Source: Oscillospiraceae bacterium (GTDB lineage: Bacteria > Bacillota > Clostridia > Oscillospirales > CAG-272). From it: 64,000 nucleotides of DNA. The notes beneath the pieces are model-generated. The model was not told where the DNA came from and did no database searches. It saw nothing but the letters and a program-made list of their open reading frames with translations. The stretch is from contig SVRL01000004.1 in assembly GCA_015064845.1 (NCBI GenBank), positions 14,398 to 78,397 on the forward strand, given 5' to 3'. Each line of letters starts with the position of its first letter. Positions within the stretch are counted from its first letter, which is position 1. A program made the position numbers and the translations under genes. Shown here piece by piece: positions 33,913-44,343 of this stretch.

Positions 33913-35181
33913 ATGAAAATCGCAAAGGCTTCCCTTTTCGTACTTATTTTTACGCTCTTTGTTTTCGGCTGTTCTCACTCCGAATCCAAAGACTCTCCCG
34001 AAGGTTCGGTAAACGCCGTTTCGCAAGGTCTTTCGACCGAAAACACGGGAGAAGAAAACAGCAAAATCCTGCAAGGATTGATCGATTCACTTTCGGAAGA
34101 AGGCGGTACGATCTATATTCCCGCGGGAGAATATGCTTTTGCCCAAAATGGGAAACAGCGTTTGGGTGCGCACTGTATCAAAATGAAATCCAATGTCAGC
34201 ATCGTCGGAGACAAAGACCAAACGATATTAAAGCCGATCGGAGATTCCTACGCCGGGCTTGATATGTTTTATTTTAACGAATATCTGGATATCGGAGAAC
34301 CCATCTATCTGGAAAACTGCCGTTTTGAAAATTTTGTCATCGACGCTTCCCAAACCTCCTGCCGTATTTATACGTCCGCAGGAAAAGGTTTTATGTTCAA
34401 TCTGTTCCGCAATTGCCACTGGAAAAACGTAACGGTCAAAAATACCGATGCAACTGGATTCGGGGTAGACTGCCCCATCGCCAGCAGTATGACCGATTGC
34501 GCAGCCGTCGGATGCGGCAAAGGCGCAACCGACGAAAGCACGGGTGCTTCGGGTTTTGGCATCGGTTTCGGATATTGTGAAGAAGAAAGCATCCGCATTG
34601 TCGGATGCACTGCCCGAAACAATCGGAAATTCGGATTTTTCTTCGAACATCAAGGGCTTTTCAACGATGAACTTTACGGGGTTTCCGGTGTTGCCGAACT
34701 TCTGGTCCGCAACTGCGTTTCACAAGGGAATCTCTATAATTACGGCGGTTTGATGTCAAGAAATACCGTTTACGAAACATGTTCGTCTTCAGATGCCATT
34801 CGATACGGATTTTATTTTGAAAATTCCGCCGAAACAAAAATAAAAAACTGTACCAGCCGAAACGATACACTGGCAGGCTTTGCCATTACCCAAAAAGAAC
34901 CTTCTCCCCAACTTTCTTCCAAACCCAACGTTGAACTTTCCGATTGCATATGTGAAAACAACGACACCGGTGTAAAGATCACAGGTTCGGATACAGCACC
35001 ATCCATCTCGGAGATCAGCATTCTGTGCTGCATTTTCAAAAATGTTTCACAACCCGTACATACGGAAGGAAACATTCGAAAACTCTGCTTACGCGGAAAT
35101 GAATCCGATATCGGAATTCCCTGCTTTTCGGCGCAGATCAAAGACTTTATCAACGATGAAAACAGTTGGAACGAGAGCTGA
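33913..35181 (+). CDS. Lipoprotein with a pectate-lyase-superfamily right-handed beta-helix
   Basis: Lipobox VFGCS. ENSKILQGLIDSLSEEGGTIYIPAGEYAF is a Pectate_lyase_3-like N-terminus, followed by repeated beta-helix rungs. Confidence 0.7.
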   Translation: MKIAKASLFVLIFTLFVFGCSHSESKDSPEGSVNAVSQGLSTENTGEENSKILQGLIDSLSEEGGTIYIPAGEYAFAQNGKQRLGAHCIKMKSNVSIVGDKDQTILKPIGDSYAGLDMFYFNEYLDIGEPIYLENCRFENFVIDASQTSCRIYTSAGKGFMFNLFRNCHWKNVTVKNTDATGFGVDCPIASSMTDCAAVGCGKGATDESTGASGFGIGFGYCEEESIRIVGCTARNNRKFGFFFEHQGLFNDELYGVSGVAELLVRNCVSQGNLYNYGGLMSRNTVYETCSSSDAIRYGFYFENSAETKIKNCTSRNDTLAGFAITQKEPSPQLSSKPNVELSDCICENNDTGVKITGSDTAPSISEISILCCIFKNVSQPVHTEGNIRKLCLRGNESDIGIPCFSAQIKDFINDENSWNES

Positions 35182-35245
35182 TCCCATCGTACTTATTTTC
35201 AATATATGCTTTTCCATCACGTTATAAAACCGAAAGAGGTAAAAA

Positions 35246-36220
35246 ATGATAAACCGTAAAATTCCCGTAATTGCTGTTGCGGGTCCCACCGCAAGCGGAA
35301 AAAGTTCGCTTGCTCTCCGTCTTTGCAAAGATTACAACGGCGAACTGATTTCTTGCGATTCCATGCAGATCTACAAAGGTATGGATATCGGAACGGCAAA
35401 ACCGTCTCTTATTGAGCGCAGTGAAATTCCGCATCATTTAATTGATATCTGTGCCCCCAACGTTGACTTTTCTGCCGCCGCGTTTACCGAATTGGCATCT
35501 GCCGCCATTGCAGACATCCACGCAAGAGGAAAAATGCCCGTATTATGCGGAGGTACGGGATTGTATCTCGATTCCCTGCTGAAAGGGGTAAATTTCGGAG
35601 AAATGGACTCCGATCCCGACTATCGTGCAGAGCTTTTTGCTTTTGCGGAAAAGGAAGGCGCGGAAGCGCTCCACCGTCGCTTGCAAGCCGTTGATCCCGA
35701 AGCCGCTGCGGCAATCCACCCGAACAATATCAAGCGCGTGGTCCGCGCATTGGAAATCTGCAAACTTTCCGGCGTGACCAAAACAGCGTGGGATAAAAAC
35801 GCGGTAAAAAACGAATCGCCCTACGCGCCCTGTATTCTTGCACTCGATTACAAAAACCGCGAAAATCTGTATGCGCGAATCCATATGCGTGTGGATGAAA
35901 TGTTTGACATGGGATTGGAAGAGGAAGTCCGTTCCTTACTGAACGAGGGATATCTCTCGCCCGACACCACGGCAAGCGGCGCAATCGGTTATAAGGAGCT
36001 TCTCGGTTACCTCCGCGGAGAAATGACCAAAGACGAAGCGGCAAACGCAATCAAGACTGCAACCCGCCATTATGCAAAACGGCAATTAACATGGTTCCGA
36101 AGAAATCCCGACATCCATTGGCTTTATCCCGATGATGACCGTTATGAGGATTACGAGCAGTTGGTCTGCGCGGCTCACGCCATCATCGATATCCACGCCG
36201 TTCATTCTTGGAACACGTAA
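35246..36220 (+). CDS. miaA: tRNA dimethylallyltransferase
   Basis: IAVAGPTASGKSSLA, SCDSMQIYKGMDIGTAKP, YAKRQLTWFR. Confidence 0.95.
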   Translation: MINRKIPVIAVAGPTASGKSSLALRLCKDYNGELISCDSMQIYKGMDIGTAKPSLIERSEIPHHLIDICAPNVDFSAAAFTELASAAIADIHARGKMPVLCGGTGLYLDSLLKGVNFGEMDSDPDYRAELFAFAEKEGAEALHRRLQAVDPEAAAAIHPNNIKRVVRALEICKLSGVTKTAWDKNAVKNESPYAPCILALDYKNRENLYARIHMRVDEMFDMGLEEEVRSLLNEGYLSPDTTASGAIGYKELLGYLRGEMTKDEAANAIKTATRHYAKRQLTWFRRNPDIHWLYPDDDRYEDYEQLVCAAHAIIDIHAVHSWNT

Positions 36221-36239
36221 AAACAAAGGAGTCTCTCCC

Positions 36240-37457
36240 ATGCAAAACGGCAAACCAATCAATTCAAAAAAAATCCTGACCGTTTCTCTTTGTTTGCTGG
36301 CCGCAGTTTATCTCATTTATCATATCGCCCGCGGATTGCGGCCCGAAGCCGAATTTTTCGCGGTCCGGCCGTACACGGCATACGACAGCCAGATTTTCAC
36401 GGGATATATTTTCAGAGAAGAAACGGTTCTCACATCCCGGACGGCAGGCTCCCGTAACTATCATTATTATGACGGAGAAAAAGTTCCCGCCAATCGCTCC
36501 GTCGCCGACATATATACATTTGAAAACAAAGCGGTTTCCGCAAAAATCGCCGATATCAAAAAACAAATTGAAATTTTCCGTTCTGCAATGTCTCTCGGAA
36601 AACTGACCGTTTCCGAAGTCAATCAAAAAATTGAGCTGGTTTCGTATGAAATCATTCAGAAAAATGCAGCAGGCGATACTGCCGCGGCAAATACGCTCAG
36701 CGACAAACTTCTGGTGCTGATGGCAAAAAAAGAATTGCTTACTTCGGGAAAAAGCAATTATGATGCGGAAATCGCCAATTTGGAAAGTCAAAAAAATTCG
36801 CTCGTTGCCTCTTTGGGAACACCTGCGGAGAGCATTCTGACATCAACCTCGGGTTATTTCTATTCCCATACGGATGGATACGAAGAAATCTTCACAACGG
36901 CAGCGGCTAAACTTCTGACCGTGGAAAATTTTGATCTTTTAAGCATGACCGCTCCGGCAAACAAAACAAACGCAATCGGCACGCTGGTTACCAGCGCGCA
37001 ATGGTACTACGCCGCAAAAGTTCCCGAAGAAAACGCGGACGGTTTTCTTGTCGGCACCGTTTACGATTGCCTGTTTCTGGATAACGGCTACACGGAAACC
37101 ATTCCCATGAAACTGATTTCAAAAGAAACGGCATCCGGACAAACACTGCTTGTCTATTATTCTTCCTCCATGCCGCGTGACTTTGACACCACTCGCGTAC
37201 AGCGCATGCAGGCAACAAGAGGAACTTACGAAGGCTTTCGTATTCCCACCGAGGTTGTACGCGCGGAAAAAGGAAAAACTTTTGTATATATCTTTAACGA
37301 GGGGACTGCCAAGCGTAGAGAAGTCGTCATTCTTTGGGAACAAAACGGTTATTACATTGTTTCCGCAAACGAAAAAGCGGACGGTAATATGCTTGCGCTC
37401 AACGACCTTATCATTATAAACGACACCGATCTATACGAAAATAAATTTATCAATTAG
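36240..37457 (+). CDS. HlyD-like (membrane-fusion-type) single-pass membrane protein
   Basis: N-terminal TM helix, a central coiled-coil-like region and a C-terminal beta-rich domain. The start is placed at MQNGKP, so the miaA-overlapping extension is rejected. The family call is tentative. Confidence 0.5.
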   Translation: MQNGKPINSKKILTVSLCLLAAVYLIYHIARGLRPEAEFFAVRPYTAYDSQIFTGYIFREETVLTSRTAGSRNYHYYDGEKVPANRSVADIYTFENKAVSAKIADIKKQIEIFRSAMSLGKLTVSEVNQKIELVSYEIIQKNAAGDTAAANTLSDKLLVLMAKKELLTSGKSNYDAEIANLESQKNSLVASLGTPAESILTSTSGYFYSHTDGYEEIFTTAAAKLLTVENFDLLSMTAPANKTNAIGTLVTSAQWYYAAKVPEENADGFLVGTVYDCLFLDNGYTETIPMKLISKETASGQTLLVYYSSSMPRDFDTTRVQRMQATRGTYEGFRIPTEVVRAEKGKTFVYIFNEGTAKRREVVILWEQNGYYIVSANEKADGNMLALNDLIIINDTDLYENKFIN

Positions 37458-37482
37458 TCTATCTTTCAGAAAGGAAACCATC

Positions 37483-38184
37483 ATGACAGAAGCCAAACAG
37501 TCGGAAATCCGCGAAAATATTACCCGTATTCGCAAAGATATGTCTGCCTATCCGAATACCCAACTCATGGCGGTCATCAAAACGAGAACCGCAGAGGAAA
37601 TCAATTTTGCAATACGCGAATGCGGTATTACACTCGTCGGCGAAAACCGTGTACAGGAACTGCTTTCGCATTATGAAGAAATCGATAAAACCGCCGAACT
37701 GCATTTTATCGGTACATTGCAAAAAAACAAGGTCAAATATATTATTGACAAAGTTGACATGATTGAATCGCTCGACAGTGAAAGTCTTGCCGAAGAAATT
37801 CAAAAACGCGCGGCAAAAATCGGCAAATGCATTCCCGTTCTCATCGAAGTGAACATTGGCAGAGAAGAAGCAAAAAGCGGAATTTTCCCCGAAGATCTGG
37901 AAAATTTTTGTCTTGCTTTGAAAAACTGCCCAAACCTTTCCGTTCGCGGATTGATGACCATTGCGCCAAATTGTGAAGATAAAAATGAATATCATCGTTA
38001 TTTTTCGGAAATGAATCTTTTAAAAGATCGCGTTTTCCAGAAATATTTCCCCGAAACGGAAGCTCCCATCCTTTCCATGGGAATGTCCGGAAGCTTTTTC
38101 CAAGCGCTTGAAAACGGTTCCGACATCATCCGCATCGGTGAAGGTATTTTCGGGAAACGAAACGCTTTGCCTAAAAAAGAATAA
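37483..38184 (+). CDS. yggS: YggS/YlmE family pyridoxal-phosphate homeostasis protein
   Basis: LMAVIKTRTAEEI, GENRVQEL, HFIGTLQKNKVK, SMGMS. Confidence 0.9.
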   Translation: MTEAKQSEIRENITRIRKDMSAYPNTQLMAVIKTRTAEEINFAIRECGITLVGENRVQELLSHYEEIDKTAELHFIGTLQKNKVKYIIDKVDMIESLDSESLAEEIQKRAAKIGKCIPVLIEVNIGREEAKSGIFPEDLENFCLALKNCPNLSVRGLMTIAPNCEDKNEYHRYFSEMNLLKDRVFQKYFPETEAPILSMGMSGSFFQALENGSDIIRIGEGIFGKRNALPKKE

Positions 38185-38228
38185 TCCTTTTCAATTTGCA
38201 CAAATTTTTTATTTTTTTCAAAAAACGA

Positions 38229-38258
38229 TTGCAATTTCTATATCTATTATGTTATAAT
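38229..38258 (+). promoter_or_regulatory. Sigma-A promoter upstream of sepF
   Basis: TTGCAA, an 18-nt spacer, then TATAAT, with TGt at the extended -10 position. Confidence 0.55.
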
Positions 38259-38305
38259 AATGTATATATGAGATTTCATAACAGAAATAATTTCGGAGGT
38301 ATAAA

Positions 38306-38800
38306 ATGGGCTTGTTCAATTTCAATAAAATCAAGGACATGGTTTACATAGACGAAAATGATCCTTACAAATACGGAAAAGAAGAAAAGGTGGAAGAAAT
38401 GAAACAGGAAGAAACGCTCGCTCCCGCAAATACGACAGCACAAAAACCCGCGCTCGGCATTTCCGGTCAGGAAGATTCCGTTGTTGAACTCAAGGTTGTA
38501 AGACCCGAATCGTTCTCAAACGTAACGGAAATCGCAGACTACCTGCTTAACCATTGCACCGTTGTTCTCAACCTGGAAGCAACAAACAGAGAAGTTGCAA
38601 AAAGATTGATCGACTTCCTTGCAGGCGTTGCATATTCTATTGACGGTCAGCTGAAAAATGTTGCAAACAACACTTATATCATCACACCCTGCAATGTTGA
38701 TGTTGCCGATACACAAGTAAGAGCTGCGGAAGCACAGCAAAATTTTGCTAATCAGACAGCAAACACAAACTCCGGTTTGACAAGCGACAGTTTGTTCTAA
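38306..38800 (+). CDS. sepF: Cell division protein SepF
   Basis: VVRPESFSNVTEIADYLLNHCTVVLNLE...RLIDFLAGVAYSIDGQL. Confidence 0.9.
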   Translation: MGLFNFNKIKDMVYIDENDPYKYGKEEKVEEMKQEETLAPANTTAQKPALGISGQEDSVVELKVVRPESFSNVTEIADYLLNHCTVVLNLEATNREVAKRLIDFLAGVAYSIDGQLKNVANNTYIITPCNVDVADTQVRAAEAQQNFANQTANTNSGLTSDSLF

Positions 38801-38813
38801 TACGTAAAAGCAA

Positions 38814-38843
38814 GACGGGGCAACAAAGCCCCGTCATATTTTT
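38814..38843 (+). terminator. Terminator after sepF
   Basis: GACGGGG with CCCCGTC, followed by ATATTTTT. Confidence 0.6.
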
Positions 38844-38895
38844 CAATAACAAAAATATTTATTTTGATGCCATTCAGGTACAGGGAGAATTTTTC

Positions 38896-39702
38896 ATGAC
38901 ACCGCTTAAACCCGAATCGCTTTGCATACAGACTTTTTCAAAAACCGCTTCGGGATATGATCCAAATGAGGTGGACAGTTATATCCGCCGTCTGACCGAA
39001 AACTATTCCCTTTTATATCGGGAAAATGCCATGCTTTTGAAACAACTGCGCGAAACTTCCGCAAAGCTGAACGAACTTACTCAAAAACAGATGCTCAACG
39101 ATGCCAAAATACAAAACGCACAGGCAAAACATGACAAAATCATTGAAGATGCTTATATCAAAGCCGACGACATTTTAGCTTCCGTGCAAATGAACTGCGA
39201 TTCTATTCTGCGGCATTTCAAGGAAAAAGCCGAAACGGAAGAAAAAGCACTCGCCGAACTGAAAAAAAATATATTAAAATTCAAAAACGATCTGTTCGAA
39301 CAGTACCGCATGCACATTGAATGGATCGAAAATATCTTTCCCGAGCATGACGGAGAACCGGATTGGACGCCCGATAGTTATGCGCAGCATATCGTACTGG
39401 AATTAAAACGTAAAATATCCGATCAATACGGATTTTTCCCCGAATCAGAAGAATACGGGAAAACGTCCGAATCTTCTTTGGAAAAAGAATGCAAAAAAAC
39501 AAGCGCGCCCTCCTGCACTTGCTCCAAACGCGCGCAAACAAAGAAGAAAAATGTCAAAAAAGCACCTTCCGTCATGGAATTGATCGATGAATACGAAGAA
39601 CACGATGCACGGTTTGCAGAAAACACTGTTCCCGAGCAACAGTTTATGTTAGATTTCGATCATCCTTCGGGCAAAGGTGTTACAATGAAAAAAAAGAACT
39701 AA
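38896..39702 (+). CDS. DivIVA domain protein
   Basis: FSKTASGYDPNEVDSYIRRL is a DivIVA N-terminal motif, followed by a coiled coil. Confidence 0.8.
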   Translation: MTPLKPESLCIQTFSKTASGYDPNEVDSYIRRLTENYSLLYRENAMLLKQLRETSAKLNELTQKQMLNDAKIQNAQAKHDKIIEDAYIKADDILASVQMNCDSILRHFKEKAETEEKALAELKKNILKFKNDLFEQYRMHIEWIENIFPEHDGEPDWTPDSYAQHIVLELKRKISDQYGFFPESEEYGKTSESSLEKECKKTSAPSCTCSKRAQTKKKNVKKAPSVMELIDEYEEHDARFAENTVPEQQFMLDFDHPSGKGVTMKKKN

Positions 39703-39714
39703 AGGAGTTTTACC

Positions 39715-40257
39715 ATGCTTTTATGGATTTTGATTATTGCGGCTTCCATCATTCTGGATCAAGCAAGCAAATGGATCGTTGTCAGCACCATGGAATACGG
39801 CGAATCCATCGTACTGATCAAAAATATTTTTTCTTTCCAATATATCCACAATTACGGAGCTGCCTGGGGAATGTTCAGCAATCACCGTTGGGTCTTCATG
39901 CTGATTACATCTCTTGCACTGATTGCTATGCCGATCATCCTTTACCGTTACAGAAAGCTTCACTTTCTTTTCGGACTTTCCCTTTCTTTGTTCATCGGCG
40001 GCGCTGTCGGTAATATGATCGACCGTATATTTCTCGGTTATGTCGTAGATTTTCTGCAATTTACTTTCATTGATTTTCCCATCTTCAACGTTGCGGATAT
40101 CTGCGTGGTTTGCGGCGCAATTATCATGATGGTTTACGTGATATTTTTTGACAAAGAGCTTTTCACGGACAAAAAACAAACCCAAAAAATTGCAGTAGAG
40201 GAGAACACTGCCAATGACGGAACAGATCAAGAAAACGCTGACAACGGAAATGGATGA
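39715..40257 (+). CDS. lspA: Lipoprotein signal peptidase II
   Basis: NYGAAWG, IGGAVGNMIDR, FPIFNVADICV. Confidence 0.93.
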   Translation: MLLWILIIAASIILDQASKWIVVSTMEYGESIVLIKNIFSFQYIHNYGAAWGMFSNHRWVFMLITSLALIAMPIILYRYRKLHFLFGLSLSLFIGGAVGNMIDRIFLGYVVDFLQFTFIDFPIFNVADICVVCGAIIMMVYVIFFDKELFTDKKQTQKIAVEENTANDGTDQENADNGNG

Positions 40258-41158
40258 TATCGGAAAACGTCTTGACGTTTTTCTTTCGGAAACGGAAGAG
40301 GAACTGACCCGTTCTCAGGCGCAAAAGCTTTTGTCAGACGGTTTGGTTTCCGTCAATGGCGTTACCGTTGCAAAAAATTATAAAATCCGCAAGGATGACA
40401 TCGTTGAATTTTATTATCCTGCCCCGGTTCCCTGCCGCGCGGAAGCGGAAAATATTCCGATAGATATTATTTTTGAAGACGACGATATCATTGTTGTCAA
40501 CAAACCCAAAGGCATGGTCGTTCATCCCGCGGCGGGAAATTATACGGGAACACTCGTCAGCGCACTGCTTTATCACTGCGGAGAAAGACTTTCCGCCATC
40601 GGAGGTGTGATCCGTCCCGGAATCGTACACCGCATTGACAAAGACACAAGCGGACTGCTTGTGGTTGCCAAAAACGATGCCGCTCATCTTTCTCTTTCCG
40701 AACAGATCAAAGACCACAAGGTCTCCCGCATTTATCATGCAATCGCCATCGGAAAAACAGACTGGAATTTTACCGTAGATCTCCCCATCGGCAGACATCC
40801 CGTTGACCGAAAAAAAATGGCGGTAATCGAAAAAAATTCCAAAAATGCCATAACTCACGTCAGCGTATTGGAACAGTTTTCTTCCGCCTCTTATATCCGC
40901 TGTGAGTTGGAAACCGGACGAACACACCAGATTCGCGTACATCTTTCTCATAAAAACCACCCTTTGCTCGGAGATTTGATTTACGGAAGTCCCAAACTCC
41001 CGCTCAATCAAAAATTTGCGGGAATGTCTCAAGGCCAGTGCCTCCATGCGAAAGAGCTTCTGCTTACCCATCCGAAAACGGGAGAAGCTATGCATTTCGT
41101 TTGCGATATTCCCCCCTATTTCACAAAAATATTGGAAACGCTTCGAAAAACCAATTGA
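40214..41158 (+). CDS. rluD: RluA-family 23S rRNA pseudouridine synthase
   Basis: S4 domain, HRIDKDTSGLLVVAKN, GRTHQIRVH. Confidence 0.92.
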   Translation: MTEQIKKTLTTEMDDIGKRLDVFLSETEEELTRSQAQKLLSDGLVSVNGVTVAKNYKIRKDDIVEFYYPAPVPCRAEAENIPIDIIFEDDDIIVVNKPKGMVVHPAAGNYTGTLVSALLYHCGERLSAIGGVIRPGIVHRIDKDTSGLLVVAKNDAAHLSLSEQIKDHKVSRIYHAIAIGKTDWNFTVDLPIGRHPVDRKKMAVIEKNSKNAITHVSVLEQFSSASYIRCELETGRTHQIRVHLSHKNHPLLGDLIYGSPKLPLNQKFAGMSQGQCLHAKELLLTHPKTGEAMHFVCDIPPYFTKILETLRKTN

Positions 41159-41191
41159 TCGCCAAAACTTCGTTTCAGAAAAGGAATGCTT

Positions 41192-42031
41192 ATGAAAAAA
41201 TTTGAACACATTCTGATTGCCTCCGATATCGATGGCACTTTGCTTTGGAAATCACAATATATTCATCCCCGCAATTTTGAAAAACTTCGTTATTTCTGTG
41301 AAAACGGAGGACATTTCGCTCTTTCCTCAGGACGCAATTGTAAAGATATATTCGTAATTTCCGAAGAATTACAATCCTATATCAATATGCCCTGCATTTT
41401 GTGTAACGGAAGTTATCTTTTTGATTTTCAAACCAAAGAATTGTTGAATCCGTACTATGTGGATCCCATTCCTTTGATTGAAGCCTTTCAAGAAATGAAA
41501 CGCAAATATGACCATATCGGGTTTCGCGCAACGGTGGAAGAAGGATTTTTATGTCCTGAAGAAGATGACATTGCGATTGGATTTTTAAGAGACTCCCATT
41601 TGGGAGATATTGCGTTCCAATATCCAATTTCCGAATTTGCCGACAAAAAAATATTCAAAGCGGTTTTCGTATCCAATGACACGCAAGCATTACGGTCTTT
41701 GCAGAATGAACTTCACGATCACTACAAATCTGTCTTCGATATAACCACTTCAGATGATACCATTCTTGAGATTATGCCTTTGGGAATCTCCAAAAAAACG
41801 CAATTTCCATATTTGAAACAGCTTTATCCCCATACCGAGCTCTGGTGTATCGGAGATTTCCACAACGATGTGGAAATGCTTTCCGGCGCAGATGTTGCCG
41901 TTTGCCCCGCAAACGCCGTTGAGGAAATCAAAAAAATCTGTCAATTGCAGGTTTGCCATTGCAAAGACGGCGCCCTTGCCGAAATGATTGATGAAATTGA
42001 AAAAAGAATCGATGGACTTCACATCATTTGA
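41192..42031 (+). CDS. Cof-type HAD-IIB phosphatase
   Basis: ASDIDGTLL, GDFHNDVEM. AAAGGA lies 6 nt upstream of the second ATG. Confidence 0.85.
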   Translation: MKKFEHILIASDIDGTLLWKSQYIHPRNFEKLRYFCENGGHFALSSGRNCKDIFVISEELQSYINMPCILCNGSYLFDFQTKELLNPYYVDPIPLIEAFQEMKRKYDHIGFRATVEEGFLCPEEDDIAIGFLRDSHLGDIAFQYPISEFADKKIFKAVFVSNDTQALRSLQNELHDHYKSVFDITTSDDTILEIMPLGISKKTQFPYLKQLYPHTELWCIGDFHNDVEMLSGADVAVCPANAVEEIKKICQLQVCHCKDGALAEMIDEIEKRIDGLHII

Positions 42032-42036
42032 AACAA

Positions 42037-42081
42037 AATCGCCGAGGAAAACCATTACGGTTTCCTCGGCGATTATTTTTT
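42037..42081. terminator. Strong bidirectional terminator between the cof gene and ftsZ
   Basis: A ~16-bp stem, AATCGCCGAGGAAA..CC with GG.TTTCCTCGGCGATT, followed by ATTTTTT. Confidence 0.8.
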
Positions 42082-42092
42082 AACCAAAAAGA

Positions 42093-43247
42093 TTAATATC
42101 TCTTTTTATGATTCAAAATATTCATGATATCATCGACGTTGCGGGAAGGAACGAGAGTTTCCGCAGTGTCCTGACCACGGAACTGATTCATGTTCTGTGT
42201 TTCGGTGGTCTGTGCATAAGCTTTGTATGCGCTGAATGTATCGGTAGCGACAGGAGCACTCTTCTTTGTATCCTGGAAACCGGTTGCGATAACGGTAACC
42301 TTAATGGTATCGTCAAGCTTTTCGTCGAAAGCCAAGCCCCAGATGATCGTTGCTTCGGGGTGAGCTTCGTTGGAAACCATTGCGGAGGCTGTTTCAACTT
42401 CATCAAGGCTGATGTCGGGAGAAGCCGTGATGTTGATCAAAATACCGGTAGCGCCGGAAATAGAGGTTTCAAGCAGAGGGCTGGATACAGCCATTCTTGC
42501 AGCGATTTCAGCTTTGTCTTTGCCTTTGCCTTCGCCGATACCCATGTGAGCATAGCCCGCATCCTTCATAACGGAGGAAACGTCAGCAAAGTCAAGGTTA
42601 ACGATACCGTGGCTGCTGATCAAATCGGAAATACTCTGAACACCGTGGCGGAGAACGTCGTCGGCATAAACGAAAGCGTTGAGAAGTGTGATCTTGTTTT
42701 CAGAGATCTGTTTAAGTCTTTCATTGGGGATAACAAGCAAAGAGTCTACGTACTGGCGGAGATTTGCAATACCTGCTTCTGCCTGAATCATACGTTTTCT
42801 GCCTTCAAAGGAGAAAGGCTTCGTAACGATACCGATGGTCAGAATGCCCATTTCTTTTGCGAGCTTTGCAACAACGGGAGCCGCACCCGTACCTGTACCG
42901 CCGCCCATACCGGTTGTGATGAACACCATATGTGCTCCGCTAAGGATCTGCTTGAGATCGTCAACGTTTTCTTCGGCAGCCTGCTTACCAACCTCGGGAT
43001 TGGAACCTGCACCGTGGCCGTTTGTGATTCTTTCGCCAATGATAACTTTTGTTTTTGCATTGGATGCGGTAAGAGCCTGTCTGTCGCAGTTTACGGTAAT
43101 AAATTCAACGCCGCGGATGTTGGAGTCCAACATTCTGTTTACGGCGTTTCCACCGCCACCGCCCACACCGATAACTTTGATTTTTACACCGCTGTCATAG
43201 TATGCTTCGGTTTCAGTGGTTTCTGAAGTGTATCCAAATAAATCCAT
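42093..43247 (-). CDS. ftsZ: Cell division protein FtsZ
   Basis: [28 protein letters not shown]. Confidence 0.97.
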   Translation of the reverse strand: MDLFGYTSETTETEAYYDSGVKIKVIGVGGGGGNAVNRMLDSNIRGVEFITVNCDRQALTASNAKTKVIIGERITNGHGAGSNPEVGKQAAEENVDDLKQILSGAHMVFITTGMGGGTGTGAAPVVAKLAKEMGILTIGIVTKPFSFEGRKRMIQAEAGIANLRQYVDSLLVIPNERLKQISENKITLLNAFVYADDVLRHGVQSISDLISSHGIVNLDFADVSSVMKDAGYAHMGIGEGKGKDKAEIAARMAVSSPLLETSISGATGILINITASPDISLDEVETASAMVSNEAHPEATIIWGLAFDEKLDDTIKVTVIATGFQDTKKSAPVATDTFSAYKAYAQTTETQNMNQFRGQDTAETLVPSRNVDDIMNILNHKKRY

Positions 43248-43422
43248 TTTTATATTCCTCCTAAAATAATGAACTTGATAAACATATACAATACCATTGT
43301 AATCTTTTTTTTCGAAATTTGCAATATGTTTTTTGAAATTTTATGAGGAAAAATCAAAATATTTTTTAAAAAACAGAGTTAAAAACAGAATTATTGACAA
43401 AATATGTAAAAATTATTTTCTG

Positions 43423-44220
43423 TCAAGCAACACCCGTAATTTCAAAAGTCACTTTTTCCGCCGTCCACGCATAAAGCGTTCCTGTAATACTTGCCATATT
43501 TTCGGTCAGGTAGACGACAGCTTCTTCGCAAAGATCGAGCTTTTCTTCCAAATCTTTTTTATTGCCGAACTTGATGGTATAGCGACCGTCCACCACCGCA
43601 GTCAGGTTCGCTTCTTCATCCAGATACAGTTTGGTAAAAGACTCAAACAAACTGCTTTCGGAAAGCGTTTTCATTAAAAGCGGAATCGTTTCTTTGTCAG
43701 CCTTTTCAAGAAAAACGATTTTTTTCCCGATTCCAAATTGTTTCTCATCCGTATCAATATCGGGCAAACGTAATTCAGCCGCTTCGATATCCAAAAGTTC
43801 CGAGTCGGAAATTTCTTCCAGAATCAAAAGCGAATCGGAAACCAGATAATATTTTTCATCGATCTTCACGTAAAAATCCGCAGTATATTCTACCGATTCA
43901 ATGATGATCTCCGAAGGAAATTTTCTCTTCACACTCACGGATTTGATATACGGACTGAGTGAAAGAACGGAAGATTCCGCTTTTTTCACATTGACGGAGA
44001 AAATATGGCGGTTTAACGGAATATCTGCCGCCGCAAGAATCTCATCTGCCGTCATTTTTTGATTATAAAGAACAGAAATCGTTTTCACTCGGAAAAAGAA
44101 AAGAAAAGAAAACGCAATGGAAAGCGCCGCCGCGCTCATAAAGAAAACGATTAAAAATTTTCGGCGCAGTATCTTCCCCGGAGAAGATTGAATCGTTTTT
44201 GTTTTTTTCTTTTGTTTCAT
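43423..44220 (-). CDS. ftsQ: FtsQ/DivIB-type cell division protein (POTRA domain)
   Basis: N-terminal TM helix and a POTRA-like segment (ISVLYNQKMTADEILAAADIPLNRHIF). It lies between murG and ftsZ. Confidence 0.8.
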   Translation of the reverse strand: MKQKKKTKTIQSSPGKILRRKFLIVFFMSAAALSIAFSFLFFFRVKTISVLYNQKMTADEILAAADIPLNRHIFSVNVKKAESSVLSLSPYIKSVSVKRKFPSEIIIESVEYTADFYVKIDEKYYLVSDSLLILEEISDSELLDIEAAELRLPDIDTDEKQFGIGKKIVFLEKADKETIPLLMKTLSESSLFESFTKLYLDEEANLTAVVDGRYTIKFGNKKDLEEKLDLCEEAVVYLTENMASITGTLYAWTAEKVTFEITGVA

Positions 44221-44343
44221 GAATGCCTTCCTCTTGCCATGGCACGGCTTTTATTTTTCAGTTTTTCCTTTTGCCGTATACAAGAAAATCACAGCTCCGT
44301 ATATACGGCAATGAAAGGACAAACTATTTCCGTTTTCAAACAT